Source of the DNA: Blastocystis sp. subtype 4 | Lineage: Eukaryota | DNA: 33,567 bases | NCBI RefSeq assembly: GCF_000743755.1 | Contig: NW_014569445.1 | Coordinates: 1-33,567, forward strand | Reading direction: 5' to 3' | Shown: positions 10,301 to 22,500 of the stretch, piece by piece | Layout: each line of letters begins with the position of its first letter | Numbering within the stretch: the stretch's first letter is position 1 | The notes under the pieces: generated by a model | Seen by the model: only the letters and a program-made list of their open reading frames with translations | The model's database searches: none | Told to the model about the DNA's origin: nothing | Position numbers and translations under genes: made by a program

Positions 10301-13300
10301 TCTATTGTACGTCAACCTGAACCTCTTCAATCACTCTCATTGTCGAGTGTTTCTATTGATGAATCCACTGGAAACATAGAAACAGCTCTACTTCTCATCC
10401 ATCATCTTACTCAGTCAGTGTTGGTATTGTCCTTCATCTCTAGGTGCTTCTTCACAACACATGATCGAGTCTACTTATTCACTCTCCAAACATTCTTGGA
10501 TCGTGCTATCAACGCTTCTCATCTCCTCAAACAGTATGACGGAAAAGGGAGAGACAATGAAGAAATTACCTGGAACGAATTGTATTCCTGTTTGTGAACT
10601 CTGATTGTAGACTTCACCCTTCTCTCACTTCTACAGATCTCTCTCCTCCTTCTCTTCCTTCTTGTCTCTCCTTCCACCATCATACACTTACATTTGTAGG
10701 AGCTGAACCCATGTGGGCTACAGCAGTCCTCACGCTCCCACAGAATCCAGCAACCGTTACTCTGACATTCACATATTCTTCCGCTTCCTCGCCACAACTC
10801 ATTCTTGGCTTCATTGATGCCTCTGCTTCAGAAGAGTGTTCGGGATTCCTGGGATCGGATAAGGATAGTTGGGGTTTCAAGAGTACTGGGCAACTGTAGG
10901 TGTTACAAACTCTTTCTAACCTAGTCTTCATAGTAATCACTGTACAGGCGGAGTTCTATCATTGAATGCACAATCTCCTATCAAGATTCGATTTGACACA
11001 CAGTCACATGAAATGACGCTGATTCTTGGAAAGCAGCAAATCACCATCTTTGATTCTCTGCCAGAAACATGGAGACCAGCTGTTTCTCTCTTCACCCCTG
11101 GGGATACTCTCCATATTCAATACTCTTTCGAACAGAACGAAGCTCCTACAGTGGATGTAGATCCAATCGAGTATGAGAGTGAAGTGTCAGAAGGTTGTGT
11201 GAAGATGGCCATTCAGAGTTTGCAGGAATTGGGATCTCTTCTTTCATCTCAACCAGTAAAACACTCCCTAATGTATTTTCTCACCTATCAATATGAAATA
11301 TAGACATCAATATTGTATTGATTATGTGATTCCACTTCTGTCTGCTACTACTCTTGGTAGAACTACTTCATTCTCTCGATACACCGAACTGACACAAGCG
11401 ATCCTTCAACAAACCAAACATTTTCAATCTTATGAAGATCCCTGCCTCTCCTTTCTCCAGGCTCTTTTAGCTCAGGTGCTATCTTTCATCGTATTGAAAA
11501 CTCCTTCCTCACTACCACTCCCTATTCTCGCTTCTGGACTCACTCTCTCGACATTACTTCAACAACAAGAAGAGGAATTCCAGTTCCTGAATTCAGAACA
11601 ACAACAATACGAAGCAGAAGAACTCCAACTCTGTGAGGAACTCTTGGAAGGAACGTCTTCGCGAGTTCAGGCTCTCTTCTCTCTTCTCTCTTCTTCCTCT
11701 CATCTTCCTTCTCTTATTCAACATCGTCCTTTCGCTGTTCCATTCACTCAATTTGCTTTTGTCTTTATTCTTCATCATTCATCAACTATCTCTCTGTTAG
11801 ATTCATAATTCCCTTTCACTCTAGAGTTATGCTCTTTGCTGAATACCTTCTTCATTCTCAAGTCTCTCTTCCTCCTTTTTTATCTAATGTGTGGAGAAGG
11901 GTTGTCATGACGACGTGTTCTATTAATGCATCTCTTCTAACTCAAGACACTCTTAATCGAATTCGTTTTTGTTGTCTTCATCTTAACTCCTTTTATGATG
12001 CCCTTGTCTTCCCACTCTCATGAGCTCATTCATAGGAATTTGTTACTCCCACTTCGTCTTCACTTTCTATTGACTTTGATGAGAATGCAGTACCAATTTA
12101 GTTTTATATTGATAACTAGACGTATCCACCATCATTAAGACAGCTCTATCTACTTCCTCGTTCCTCCACTCTGGTAGCTATCTTGATTGCTCTTCACTCT
12201 AGTCCTCTCTCTTCACTTCTCTTGTCAGTCTCACTCAAACTACTCTCACACCTACTGATCTCACACAGTCTCTCCTTGATCATACTCATCTCGTTCTCCT
12301 TCGCTTGCAAGTTTGGAAATGCTTCCGCGAATTCTCTTCATCATTTACGTCATCGACTTCAGATTCTGTAGTAGAAGTGTTTCTCCAGCAGTTACCTCTT
12401 GTTCCTTCCAGAGATAAAGAAAATGTTTATGAAAGTCTTAATGATGGGTTGTGTGTATGTGAATCGATTCAAGCAGCTATGCAATCCGAGTATCAGCAGA
12501 CACTCACAAACGTATTTCTTCATCTCTGTTCATCCAATCAAATCCGTGAACGCGTTATCTATCTTGTTAATCTTCATTCTGTTCTTCACCATTAGTTCTT
12601 GCAAGCATTATCAATCCCTCTGAATGAAGGCCATTTACTCTTTCTCCAGCAACTAGATTTCCTTCCTTCTCTATCGTCTCTCCTCACTACGCTTCTCAAT
12701 CAAACAATCATCTCGCAATCGTTTCTATCGTTCCTCCTCCATTTTTTCCTTCTTTTGTCGCACAAACTCACATCTCTCTCAACATATTCCTCATCCTCTC
12801 TCTCATTTTCTCGATCCTTCTCTGCAGAGTCTCTTCCTACCACTTCGCTCTCTTCATCTCTCTCTGTCATGATAACACAACTTTCAACACTTCTTTTTGA
12901 ATTCCTCAAAGATCTCTCTTCAAAGCATCCTTCACTTATCACCCCATCCATTGTCTCTCTTCTCACAAGCACTCTTCTTGTTCTTCTCCCTCGACCCGTT
13001 GTCAATCCAACAGCTTGGCTTCAAGTAACCCATTGTTCTCATTCATCCCCTAGCTTCTTGTCTCTTCCCTCAAAGATGTTGATACAGAAGCTCAAACCAG
13101 CCTCATCACCACCATTACCCTTCTCATTCCTCAAGTTGGGGAGATCGATTCAACAACCAAAGAACAGACACTGACTGTTCTCATTCATTCTCTACTTCAT
13201 GCATTTATTCTCACATCTACTCCTTCTCCAGCCATTGTCTTACAGCATCAATGTGCGGAAATCAACTTGTTTCGTTCCTTCTTACTCTCCTCTGAATGGT

Positions 13301-16300
13301 CTGCTCTCACACAAAGCCGTTTTCTTGAACTCTTGACGTCATCGTCATTCTCATCACGTTTAGCAGTCACAAGTGTCCTTGGAGGTGATTTACTGAGTCT
13401 CTCTGAGAATGGAGAGGCTATGTATCGACGGAAGATGGGAGAAAGTGGAGAACCATCAGAACGATGCTTTGTTAATTCTATTAATCGTGGGGAAAACACA
13501 GCTACGATCACTCTAGATGCTTCTGGAGGTACATTCTTTTAACTCTTTTCACCTGTAGAAACCCTTCAAGTTCCCATTCTGGCTCTGGATTACATTCTTC
13601 CTGTGAAGCCGCAATTGATGAGTCTATCGCATGAACTTGTACAAGCCGTGTTCGCCTTACTAGATGAACCATCTCACTCCTCTCTCATTTATTCTCTGTA
13701 TCGAGCTTCGCTTCTAAAATGTCTGGCAGTTTTAGCTTCTCAGATGAATACGATAACATTCTCTCAACATGAAGTTCTCAGACGACTGCTAGATACATCT
13801 CTCATCGTTTCAAACACACCAGGAGAGATGATCACACCATTTCTCTCGTCCACAATTCTTCCATACGTCCTTCAACAGTCAGAATGTACTCTTAAAACAC
13901 CTCAAGATGAATCCTTCTCAAGTTCATCGTCTGATGATACGTCTAGTGTACCTTGGCAAGTTTGGGAATATGAGCAAGATGGAGAATGGTCGCTTCTTTC
14001 ACTTCAGGACTGTCGTTTACTCGATAGTTGTATTCGTGGTCAACTTGGCGTTATTCTAGTTACACTATTCAATGATGAACGATTCCTATTAGACACCCAG
14101 CATCTCACTCTGCACAACATTCGATCAACGTAGACACTCTTCCTCTCTCTCATTTAGAACCTGTCATCACGTCCGAGTCTCACCTACCTTCCTCTCTCTC
14201 TACAATCCCTCAATTCCTTCGCTTCTAATTCATAAAGCTATCTCCCTTCATGGCTCCGATATCAGTGCTTCGATGCAATTCATTTCCTCCTCTGTCTCTC
14301 CTCTAACACCTACTCTTCCATCCTCTTCTGTAGATCAAGAACTCCTTCCATCCCTTACTTTCATCGACGAAATTGCAGCTGAAACTGAGAGTGATGAGAC
14401 ACTCTTTCTTCCCATGAAGCGATTCTTCAACACTGAAATTGCCTTCTGGTCTATTAACGATCAATTTATGCAATATTCCTGGAATTCCACCTTTCGTCGT
14501 CTTTTCCTCATCAGCCAAGTCCCTCGTAAATCTCTTTCCTTTCTCTGACATCCAGGTGACAATACAGATTCGTCTCTCCTTCATCAACAACTTCACAAAA
14601 TCGAAATCATTTATTCGCGTCTTGTTCTGGTTCATTCTCTTCTCAAATCATCACCACCCTCCCCTCTACCAGCTGAATCCCTATGGAAAGTCTTCAAGAT
14701 CACATGGTTACAGAGTGAAACTCCCATTCTGTGGACTCTTCTTCGTGACCAGTTAATGAGTGCTATTAGAGAGACCGTAGCACACCCTCTTCTTGAAGAA
14801 GTGAAGAAGGATGTGATGGATATGATTCTACTGATGAAGAAGGGAGAGTACCACGAATCTGTGAAGTGTTTACGAGGAGCAAGTTTCAATTCAGATGTTT
14901 ATCTCGCTTGTATACCTCAAATCCGTGTTATGGATGGAATAGTAGAAATAGCTACGATTCTAGGGAATCACACGATGACAGAAAGAGAGGAATCATGGGT
15001 GAAATGGTGTGTGGAGTGTTGCTACTCATTGAGCCAGTCATCACGTAAGTCAGTCCAGTATTTAGCATTCCACTGGCTTCATCGGCTGCAGCAGATTCCT
15101 TCTCTCCAATCCTGGATCCTTCAGAGAATCGCTCCACTTATAACCGATCATCAACTCTTGGCATCTCTTCAAGGAGAACTGGAACAGTATCCTTTGTTTT
15201 CTCTCGTAACCCAGGCTCGTCTCTCTCTCGCTGATTCCATCTCCATAACACCCTCTCCTCAGTCATTCACCTATCTTCATTTCCCCGCACATCAACGACT
15301 CTCTCTGGGGAATCGACCAATTCAGCCTTCATGGACGTTGGAGTTCTGGTTGCAATTGCCTACAGAAGTGTTGTCACCGGAACCTATATCTCTGTTCTGT
15401 GGCCTCACGTCATCGATTGATGTAGTGTGTGGAATGAAACGGAATCGAATTCAACTCCTCTCAGATAACGCTATTGTGACTATAGATTGTGATATTCCTT
15501 CAGGACAGTGGTCTCATGTGGCAATTGTCATGGACTCAATGATTACTGTACAGATTGATGGATGAGGTGATTTGTAGCAATGCACAGTACTCGTAAATGG
15601 AATAGCATTCCCCTCGGTTGTCACATCTACAACCCTTTTTCTTGATTCTATTGGGAGTGACAGAAATACCTTTGATTTTTGCATTAGTGAGATTCGTTGT
15701 TGGACACATGCTCGAACAGAATCTCTCATTCGACGTGACCAGTTCTGTCTCCTCAACGAATCCTTACTAACCGACCATTTGGCACTTTACATTGGTTCTC
15801 TCTCAGATGACCAGATTCATTGCTCTGATATCACCAATTGGAATCTCCAGATTGATAAGGGAAATGTGGAGGTGTGTTCTTGGAAGGATTGCCCTCTGAA
15901 GAGTCAAACTGATGACTCATCATGGAAACAGATTCGAGAACAGCGAGGTCTGATGACCTTCACACCCTGTCCTGCTGTCGGAGGTCGTTGGCTTACTGAG
16001 TTCTCAGTTGGATGCCACTTCACCCTTTTCCAATCACAGACACAACTAGAGGAATATCGAGGAATTCTAGATTTGCTTGATGATACACTCGTATGTGAGA
16101 TGAGAGGGAAGAAGGTTCAGCAACAGATCTGGTTAACAACGAGTTACATCTATTGTCAGTCGACATGTTTACCTGATTTCGCTAGTAATCTGTCAATTCA
16201 CCTTAACGATAATACCTTTGATTTTACATCTTCCATAATCTGTTGCTCTCCATCCGAGATTCTCCCTTCATTCCTCACGTTCCACTCCAAATATCACTCA

Positions 16301-19300
16301 CCTATTCTCACATCATCTACTCCAACAACAATTCTCAACGTATCTGAGGTAAAACAGTGGGGAATGGCTCTTCTCACACTTCGACCTGAAGATGCCAACT
16401 CTTCTTCACCAGTTGGATTCATTTCTGGATCGCACACATGGGATGTACTCATCAAACGGTGTACAACTCAGTACATGGGAATAGGAGTTGCTTCCTTGGG
16501 TACCAAACTCAACTCATATCTCGGAAGAGACTTCACAGGATGGTCATTCCAGCCGACTGGTGAAAAGTGGCATTCCAATATTGGGTACAATTATGGTCCT
16601 CCTCGTCCTTCTTACTGTGAAGGAGATGTGATTAGCGTCGAATTGGATCTGGATCAAGGAACATTGGCCTTCTACAAAAACAACCAATATTTAGGAATTG
16701 CGTTTTCGGATCTGCTGGTAGAAAACCCTTCTGTGGAGAACGGTTTCTTCCCGGCTGTCACATCCTATAGATCAGGTGATTCGATAGAGGTGTTAGGATT
16801 GCGTGAAGGTCTCATTACGGATGAATATCCCTCTAATGAACAAGGCCTGAAGAGCTGGAGAGCATCTTGGGTAAAAGGAGTTCGACATGGATTTGGAGTG
16901 AAGGAATATGTGAATGGAGAGAAACACCATGGAATATGGAGAGATGGGGTATGTGAAGGATGTATGGTCATTGTGAAAGGGTCCGAGACACGTGTGATGT
17001 GGTATGAAAAAGGAATTGAGAAAGGAAAGGCCACGGATGAACAGATTCGATCCATGATTCCATCCAATCTTATATCGATGCCACTTGTTTTATCACTCCA
17101 ATCTACAATTATGCCTCCTCTTCGTATCTCTCCTTCCCACACTGCCATTTCACCAATCACAGGAACGGCATCACTTTCCTCCACTTCTCTTTTCACATTT
17201 AGTTCCACGCATTGTGCTGCAGGTATCACTCTCTCATCTGACCATCTCTCAGCCACCTGTACTAGCAATAGTCGATGCATGGTTCTAGGGTCCAGAGCCT
17301 TTCACTCTGGTCGCTATTACTGGGAGGTTCGTGTCGATGATTGTGATGTCGGCTCTCTCTTTATTGGTGTTGCTGCCCGTCTTCCTGGGAGTTCTCATCA
17401 ATGTTGGAGAGACTATGGATTTGTGAACAATCATACGGTGCAGGACCACACTAGTGAACGATACTATGGAGTGCAGTATGTCAAAGGAGACATTATTGGT
17501 GTGTTCCTAGATATGGATTTCGGACTTCTTGCATTTTCCAAAAAAGGTTCCGAATTCTATTATTCTCACAACAATGTGATTGATCTTGGAGTTGCTTGTC
17601 GTTCTATCCGTACTGCTGAATCTCTTGTTCATCAGTCCCTACTCTTATATCCATCGTTTGGCTTCAAGCATGCAGGTGATTCCATCACTCTGCTCTCAGA
17701 ATACTCACAAGAGAGTCGGGGTCTCACTGCAGAGAGTCTTCTTGCCTCCTATCGTTTGTGGAAACAAATTGAGGCCTCTCTCCTAAAGGAACAACCAAGT
17801 GAGGCTCTGAAGGAAGCGATTGAAGAGAGATACCAACACACCTTTGTGAAGAATCGCATGAAAGTCCGTTCTAAAGTTGGAATTCCCATGGAACTCGAAG
17901 ATGTGTCATCAAACACTCAGATCCAAGGACGTCGACATGGTCAGATCTGGAGCTTTGATGAATCCCAGCAGGAGTTTTGTATAAATGAAAACCCATCAGT
18001 CATATCACAGACTATCAATACAGTTCCTGCCTCAACTCAGCCAGATTGGGAACAAGTCTTTTCAATGGAGAATGTGCTACAAGTTCAGGGATGGGTAAAG
18101 GAGTTTCATCGTCCACTTGGTTCTATCACGGCAGGCTCACTCTCTCGATTCTCGATTTCTGAATCAATTCGATCGTATTCCTTTTCCACACTTTCGCGGA
18201 TAGTCATTCTCCTCCAGTTGGCCGATGAAGCAGCCTCAGAAGCGGTTCCTCTTTTGGATCCAAGGAATTTCATCGACTCTCGATTGAAACGACTTATTTC
18301 GTTTGATACGAAAAAGAGACTGTTTCAGCTATTCCTGGATAGTACATCACTTACATATCAACGTCAATTTGACGAATTTGAACGTCCTATCTCGATCCCT
18401 GAGTTTCATATATGCCGTGTAGCAGCAAAGAAGTCGCAAATGGCTGGAGAATCACTGATTTCTATTACTCATCATTCGGTACTCAATCAGTTGATTGACA
18501 ATATGGAGACTTTACCAATAGCCTCCTTACGACGTCAGTTCAATCATGCTGAAGATGCTGGTCAGAAGAGATGTTTCTTTGTTCGCTTAGTTGGTGAGGG
18601 AGTATATGACAGTGGAGGGCCATATCGTGAAGTCATTACCACAGCAGCTAGTGAGGAACCCTTCTCGACACTCCAACTGACAACTCCATGCAGTAACTGG
18701 GAAGGGGGCATTTGTAAGGAACCTATGTGGAATATTCGAGGAGAGGAAACGAAGAGAAGTGTTGAAAGAGAGCGACTGTGTTATTATTGGGGAGTGTTGA
18801 TAGGAATAGCAGTGAGAGGAAATATCCCATTATCACTGCCTCTCACCCCTCTCTTCTGGAAACAGGTAGTGAATGAGAAAGGGACAGTGGAAGATTTACG
18901 TCAAAGTGATGATGGTGTGGTGAATGCTTCCTTCCATTGGGAAGAAGTATGTGAGGCATGCGGAGGTACAGCGGCAGTGATAAGTGCCTTACCTTGTTCG
19001 GATCGAATGAAACGATCCCTCCTACGGAGAAGAGGAGAACTTAGTCAACAATTGTGGAGTGAGTATTTGATCGAATGTGTGATGAAGGATATGAAAGCGG
19101 CCAATGAATCAGTAATACGCGGGATCATGGCAATTCTTCCTCAGGAAGTATTACCTCTATTTACACCCAATGAGATGACACAAGTGGTGTGTGGAGAGTC
19201 TCGTCTGTCTGTGGAAAGTTTGCAGGCAATTGCAGAATATGGAGAGGGAATCGATTCTTCTACTTCTATCATTCAACGATTCTGGAGAGTTGTGGGGAGT

Positions 19301-19582
19301 TTCACTGATATTCAACGAGGGAGACTCCTTGAGTTTGTATGTGCACGAACACGTATCCCAACACCTCCAGCCCCACCTATTTCATTCAAAATAACAATTA
19401 TTCGTGGAGGTGATAAGATGTTACCTCAGAGCCAAACTTGTTTCTCCATTCTAAAACTTCCAATATACAGTAGTGATGAGTTAATGAAGAAACAATTGAT
19501 ATATGCTATGGAAAATACACCTACAATGGAACTGGATGTACAATTACATGATGCAGAAGGATGGTCTTTGTGTATTTGTTAA
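7302..19582 (+). CDS. Giant HECT-type E3 ubiquitin ligase with four SPRY domains, WWE, LamG-like jelly-roll and MORN-like repeats; start uncertain (7226 or 7302); stop possibly created at 19568
   Basis: HECT domain with FVRLVGEGVYDSGGPYRE, FWRVVGSF...LLEFV and catalytic LPQSQTCFSILKLPIYSS (Cys at 19439-19441). SPRY-like motifs near 9800-10320, 10610-11130, 16300-16800 and 17190-17700 (e.g. GDVISVELDLDQGTLAFYKN, GRYYWEVRV). WWE-like VWEYEQDGEW near 13950-14180. LamG-like WTLEFW...WSHVAIV...ISEIRCW near 15270-15730. MORN-like WVKGVRHGFGVKEYVNGEKHHGIWRDG. Most successive ORFs are joined in frame by ~30-nt introns (e.g. 7494-7523, 7683-7711, 10582-10610); a few junctions were not resolved. Confidence 0.85.
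8967..9029 (+). repeat. Three degenerate 21-nt coding repeats (NSQDELN / NSQDQLT / SSHDQVI)
   Basis: aactctcaagacgagctcaat, aattctcaagaccaactcaca, agctctcatgatcaagtcatc. Confidence 0.75.
19573..19580 (+). terminator. Variant 3'-end motif TATTTGTT of the HECT gene
   Basis: 7/8 match to TGTTTGTT at the very end of the HECT frame. I found no better match nearby on this strand. Confidence 0.6.
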
Positions 19583-22500
19583 GAAACAGATAATAAGAAT
19601 GAGTTATGAATCGAATTCGCTAAATACTGGCAATCCTCTAATCCCATTTCATTCACTTTCAACACAAACTCTCTCAATTCGCTGGAAGGATTCATTTCTA
19701 CAGAGTGTTCTGTTACACACTTTGCAAATCGATCTGCTTCCGCCTCCGTTTCTATCCTTCATTTCTAATCATATCACCTACCAAATTCAAAGTTGAAACA
19801 GGCCTTAGAACGCAGTACTACGTCATCCTTCTGCAACAATCGAATATAATTCACATCCTGAGTGCCATGTCTCATTACAATCTGACACAATTCTCGAGTA
19901 ATCTTTCTCTCAAATCTACCACCAAATCATTACCATTCTCTTTTCCATATTCAATCCACACAATGGAATAACACCTGTTGCTAGTATTGATTCGTCCAGG
20001 TCAATAGCATTTGTCTTGTAATAATAGAGACAGTTTCTGGAAATCATAATATGCCTTTGCTTTTGCGTTTTCAGTTTTCCACAACGCATCCAACACCGCT
20101 TAAACTCCTCTTTATCTGCTAATGGGAAAGGAAATTGAGTGAATGGAGAATAGGATGGAATTGACGTTTCAACTAACTGAGAGTCAATTTCAATTCATTC
20201 ACAGTACCTTAATGAAATCTTCGGAAGCATGTGGGGATAACTGCGGGTATTTCTGGAATGTAACATCATCTACATAGATGTGAGGTTTGTTTGCTGTGAT
20301 CGAGATTGGGTGATGAAGGTGAATCGTGAGAGACACCACTCCAGCATTCTCTTCTGTAGTCTGAGTCTCCATGGCTTCTGGAACTCCTGGAACCTCAGCA
20401 GTCTCTGGAATCTCTAGAGTCGTTCTTGCTGCTTTTGATGGAACTGCTGTCTCGGTTACTGTCACAGAGGCAATACTTGCTACACCCATCTACACTTGAG
20501 AGGAAAACGGTCACTCACTTCAAAGATTACTTGTGGATGCGAAACTAGAATCAACGACACAACAACAAGACGCTTATTCGTAACAATAACCATGATTCGT
20601 GTCTTGTGAATGGATTCAAGAGTTGTCATCACCTCCACAGTTTCTTGGGAGACATCTCCTTCCGCCAACCATAGAACCAGTCTTCCAATTGCTGCTTCTT
20701 CCTGATAAGGCACGATTTGGCCTTGAGAAGAGAATGCTCGAGGAGATCGAACGTGAGTGAACAGAGCAAGCTAATCCATAAGACATTTCTCCTCAATCAC
20801 ACTTGCGAATCAACCGTACTTCCCAAATGGAAGATACGACGAGAGCTGTTCTTCAATCCATTTGTGGTTTGAGATAAAAAGTCCAGTACTCCCACTGCTG
20901 GTTTCACAGCAAGACCTGCTACTCCTTTCACAAAACCCTATCATTCATTATTCACGAACAGCCTCACAGTCACAAAACCCTTAGCTCCCTTCTTCTTCAC
21001 TGCTTGAATGGGTTGCGCTACAACTCCCTTCACACCACTCCACAATGAAGCACCCATCGCTTTTGATCCAGATGCAACACCTATTTATGAAATTCCACAA
21101 ATACACTCTACTTTTACCAAATCGATTATCAATGTTTCGATTGATTCGTACACTCCTCTGACGTGTGAACTGATCATCTTGAAGCAGAGACGACAAACCT
21201 GAGGCCATTCCTCTTGAAAACTACACTCAACACTCCTCTCACACACCTACACGAGATGTGATGTGAGCCACGCCATCAAACGTGGATCCAATTGCCCTCA
21301 TCATGGTTCGCTTCTTCTTAGTTTGTTCTTGGGTTGATGGGATACTAGAGATTGAATCCCGCGGGGAATGACGAGTTATGGGGGAATAGAAAAGGGTTTG
21401 ATTTATGGAATACTCCAAGTAGTTCATATTCTGAACTACTTCCTCCTTCTCACTTTTGAAATATTGCAGATTTCCCAACATGTCCACAGATGATAACACT
21501 TTCCGGCTATATTTCAGTGATTCCATATATCCTTACATTTGCTTCAATAATTCTTTTACTAAATAACCGCGGAAAGCCAAAAACACTTCATAATAACCAC
21601 CCTTAACATCTCGCAATTCCATCTCTTTCAGCGACAGACTCATATTGTCACAGCTCACACTGTCACTCAATCCACCATCTTCATCTGTTAATTCATTCAT
21701 TCCCAGACTAGAACGTAGTGTCAAGACCACATTTACTGGTTTCAGAATGAAACTTCCGATAAAAAAGGAAGGTTTTTTGGCAGCAGTGAGAATCTGAAGG
21801 AGTTTGGATTCACTAAGTGTATCTGAAGCCAGAACTGCTGCGACAGTTTGAATGGGAACCGAAGAAACCTCTTTTATAGCAGGTGAAATCATAGTCTACA
21901 ATATAGTACCGAATTCTGTCATACCAAAAAGGGTTTGAATTTGTCAATAATGTGTCGAGTATTCTGTTCATCGATCTTCAGTACAACACGTTGTAATTCC
22001 ACTAATCCCTTATCGATATGCAGACAATTCGATTGATTCAAATGACGTGTTCCACTCACCTGTAAGAACGGACAGATTACATCATGACTGGTCCTTTCCA
22101 TCACAGTCTGTGAGTGGGAATCCACAGATTGACTCCCAAGAGGAGAACGTAGTGTATAGAGAAGGGCAGGAAATGTAGCTGCATACGGACACACATCGAT
22201 CTGAATATTTCCAATCTGGGCTGATACAGTCTGTGTTTCCGACCCCAGTTGCAACGACATTTCGATGTTCTCCAGAAAGAGATACATAAGTTCCGTAGGA
22301 GTTTCGTCAATGAATGAAACGCCTACTCCAGGGAGACCCAATTGGAGCTGGGTATCGAATGTACGCAAGAGACTCAATACAGATCGTTCTGCTTCAATTA
22401 GAGGGAAATCCGATTGATAAAGACTCAGAATGGGAATTGGAGAGTTCCGAGACCACTGGAAGATGACTAGGATTGAGAGAGCAAAAACAATACCACTTTC

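Noticed and set aside
10589..10596. TGTTTGTG at the end of ORF 10031..10597, a possible gene end
   Set aside because: It is a 7/8 match inside the 29-nt intron 10582-10610, which joins the frame to the next SPRY exon.
12700..13005. Arg/Glu-rich - strand ORFs, also 10519..10797 and 11593..11778
   Set aside because: They are by-products of the CT-rich, stop-poor sense strand of the HECT gene.
7254..15565. Many short same-strand ORFs suggesting a pseudogene, frameshifting or an alternative genetic code
   Set aside because: The breaks I checked are explained by ~30-nt GT-AG introns that restore the frame. The stops fall inside introns.
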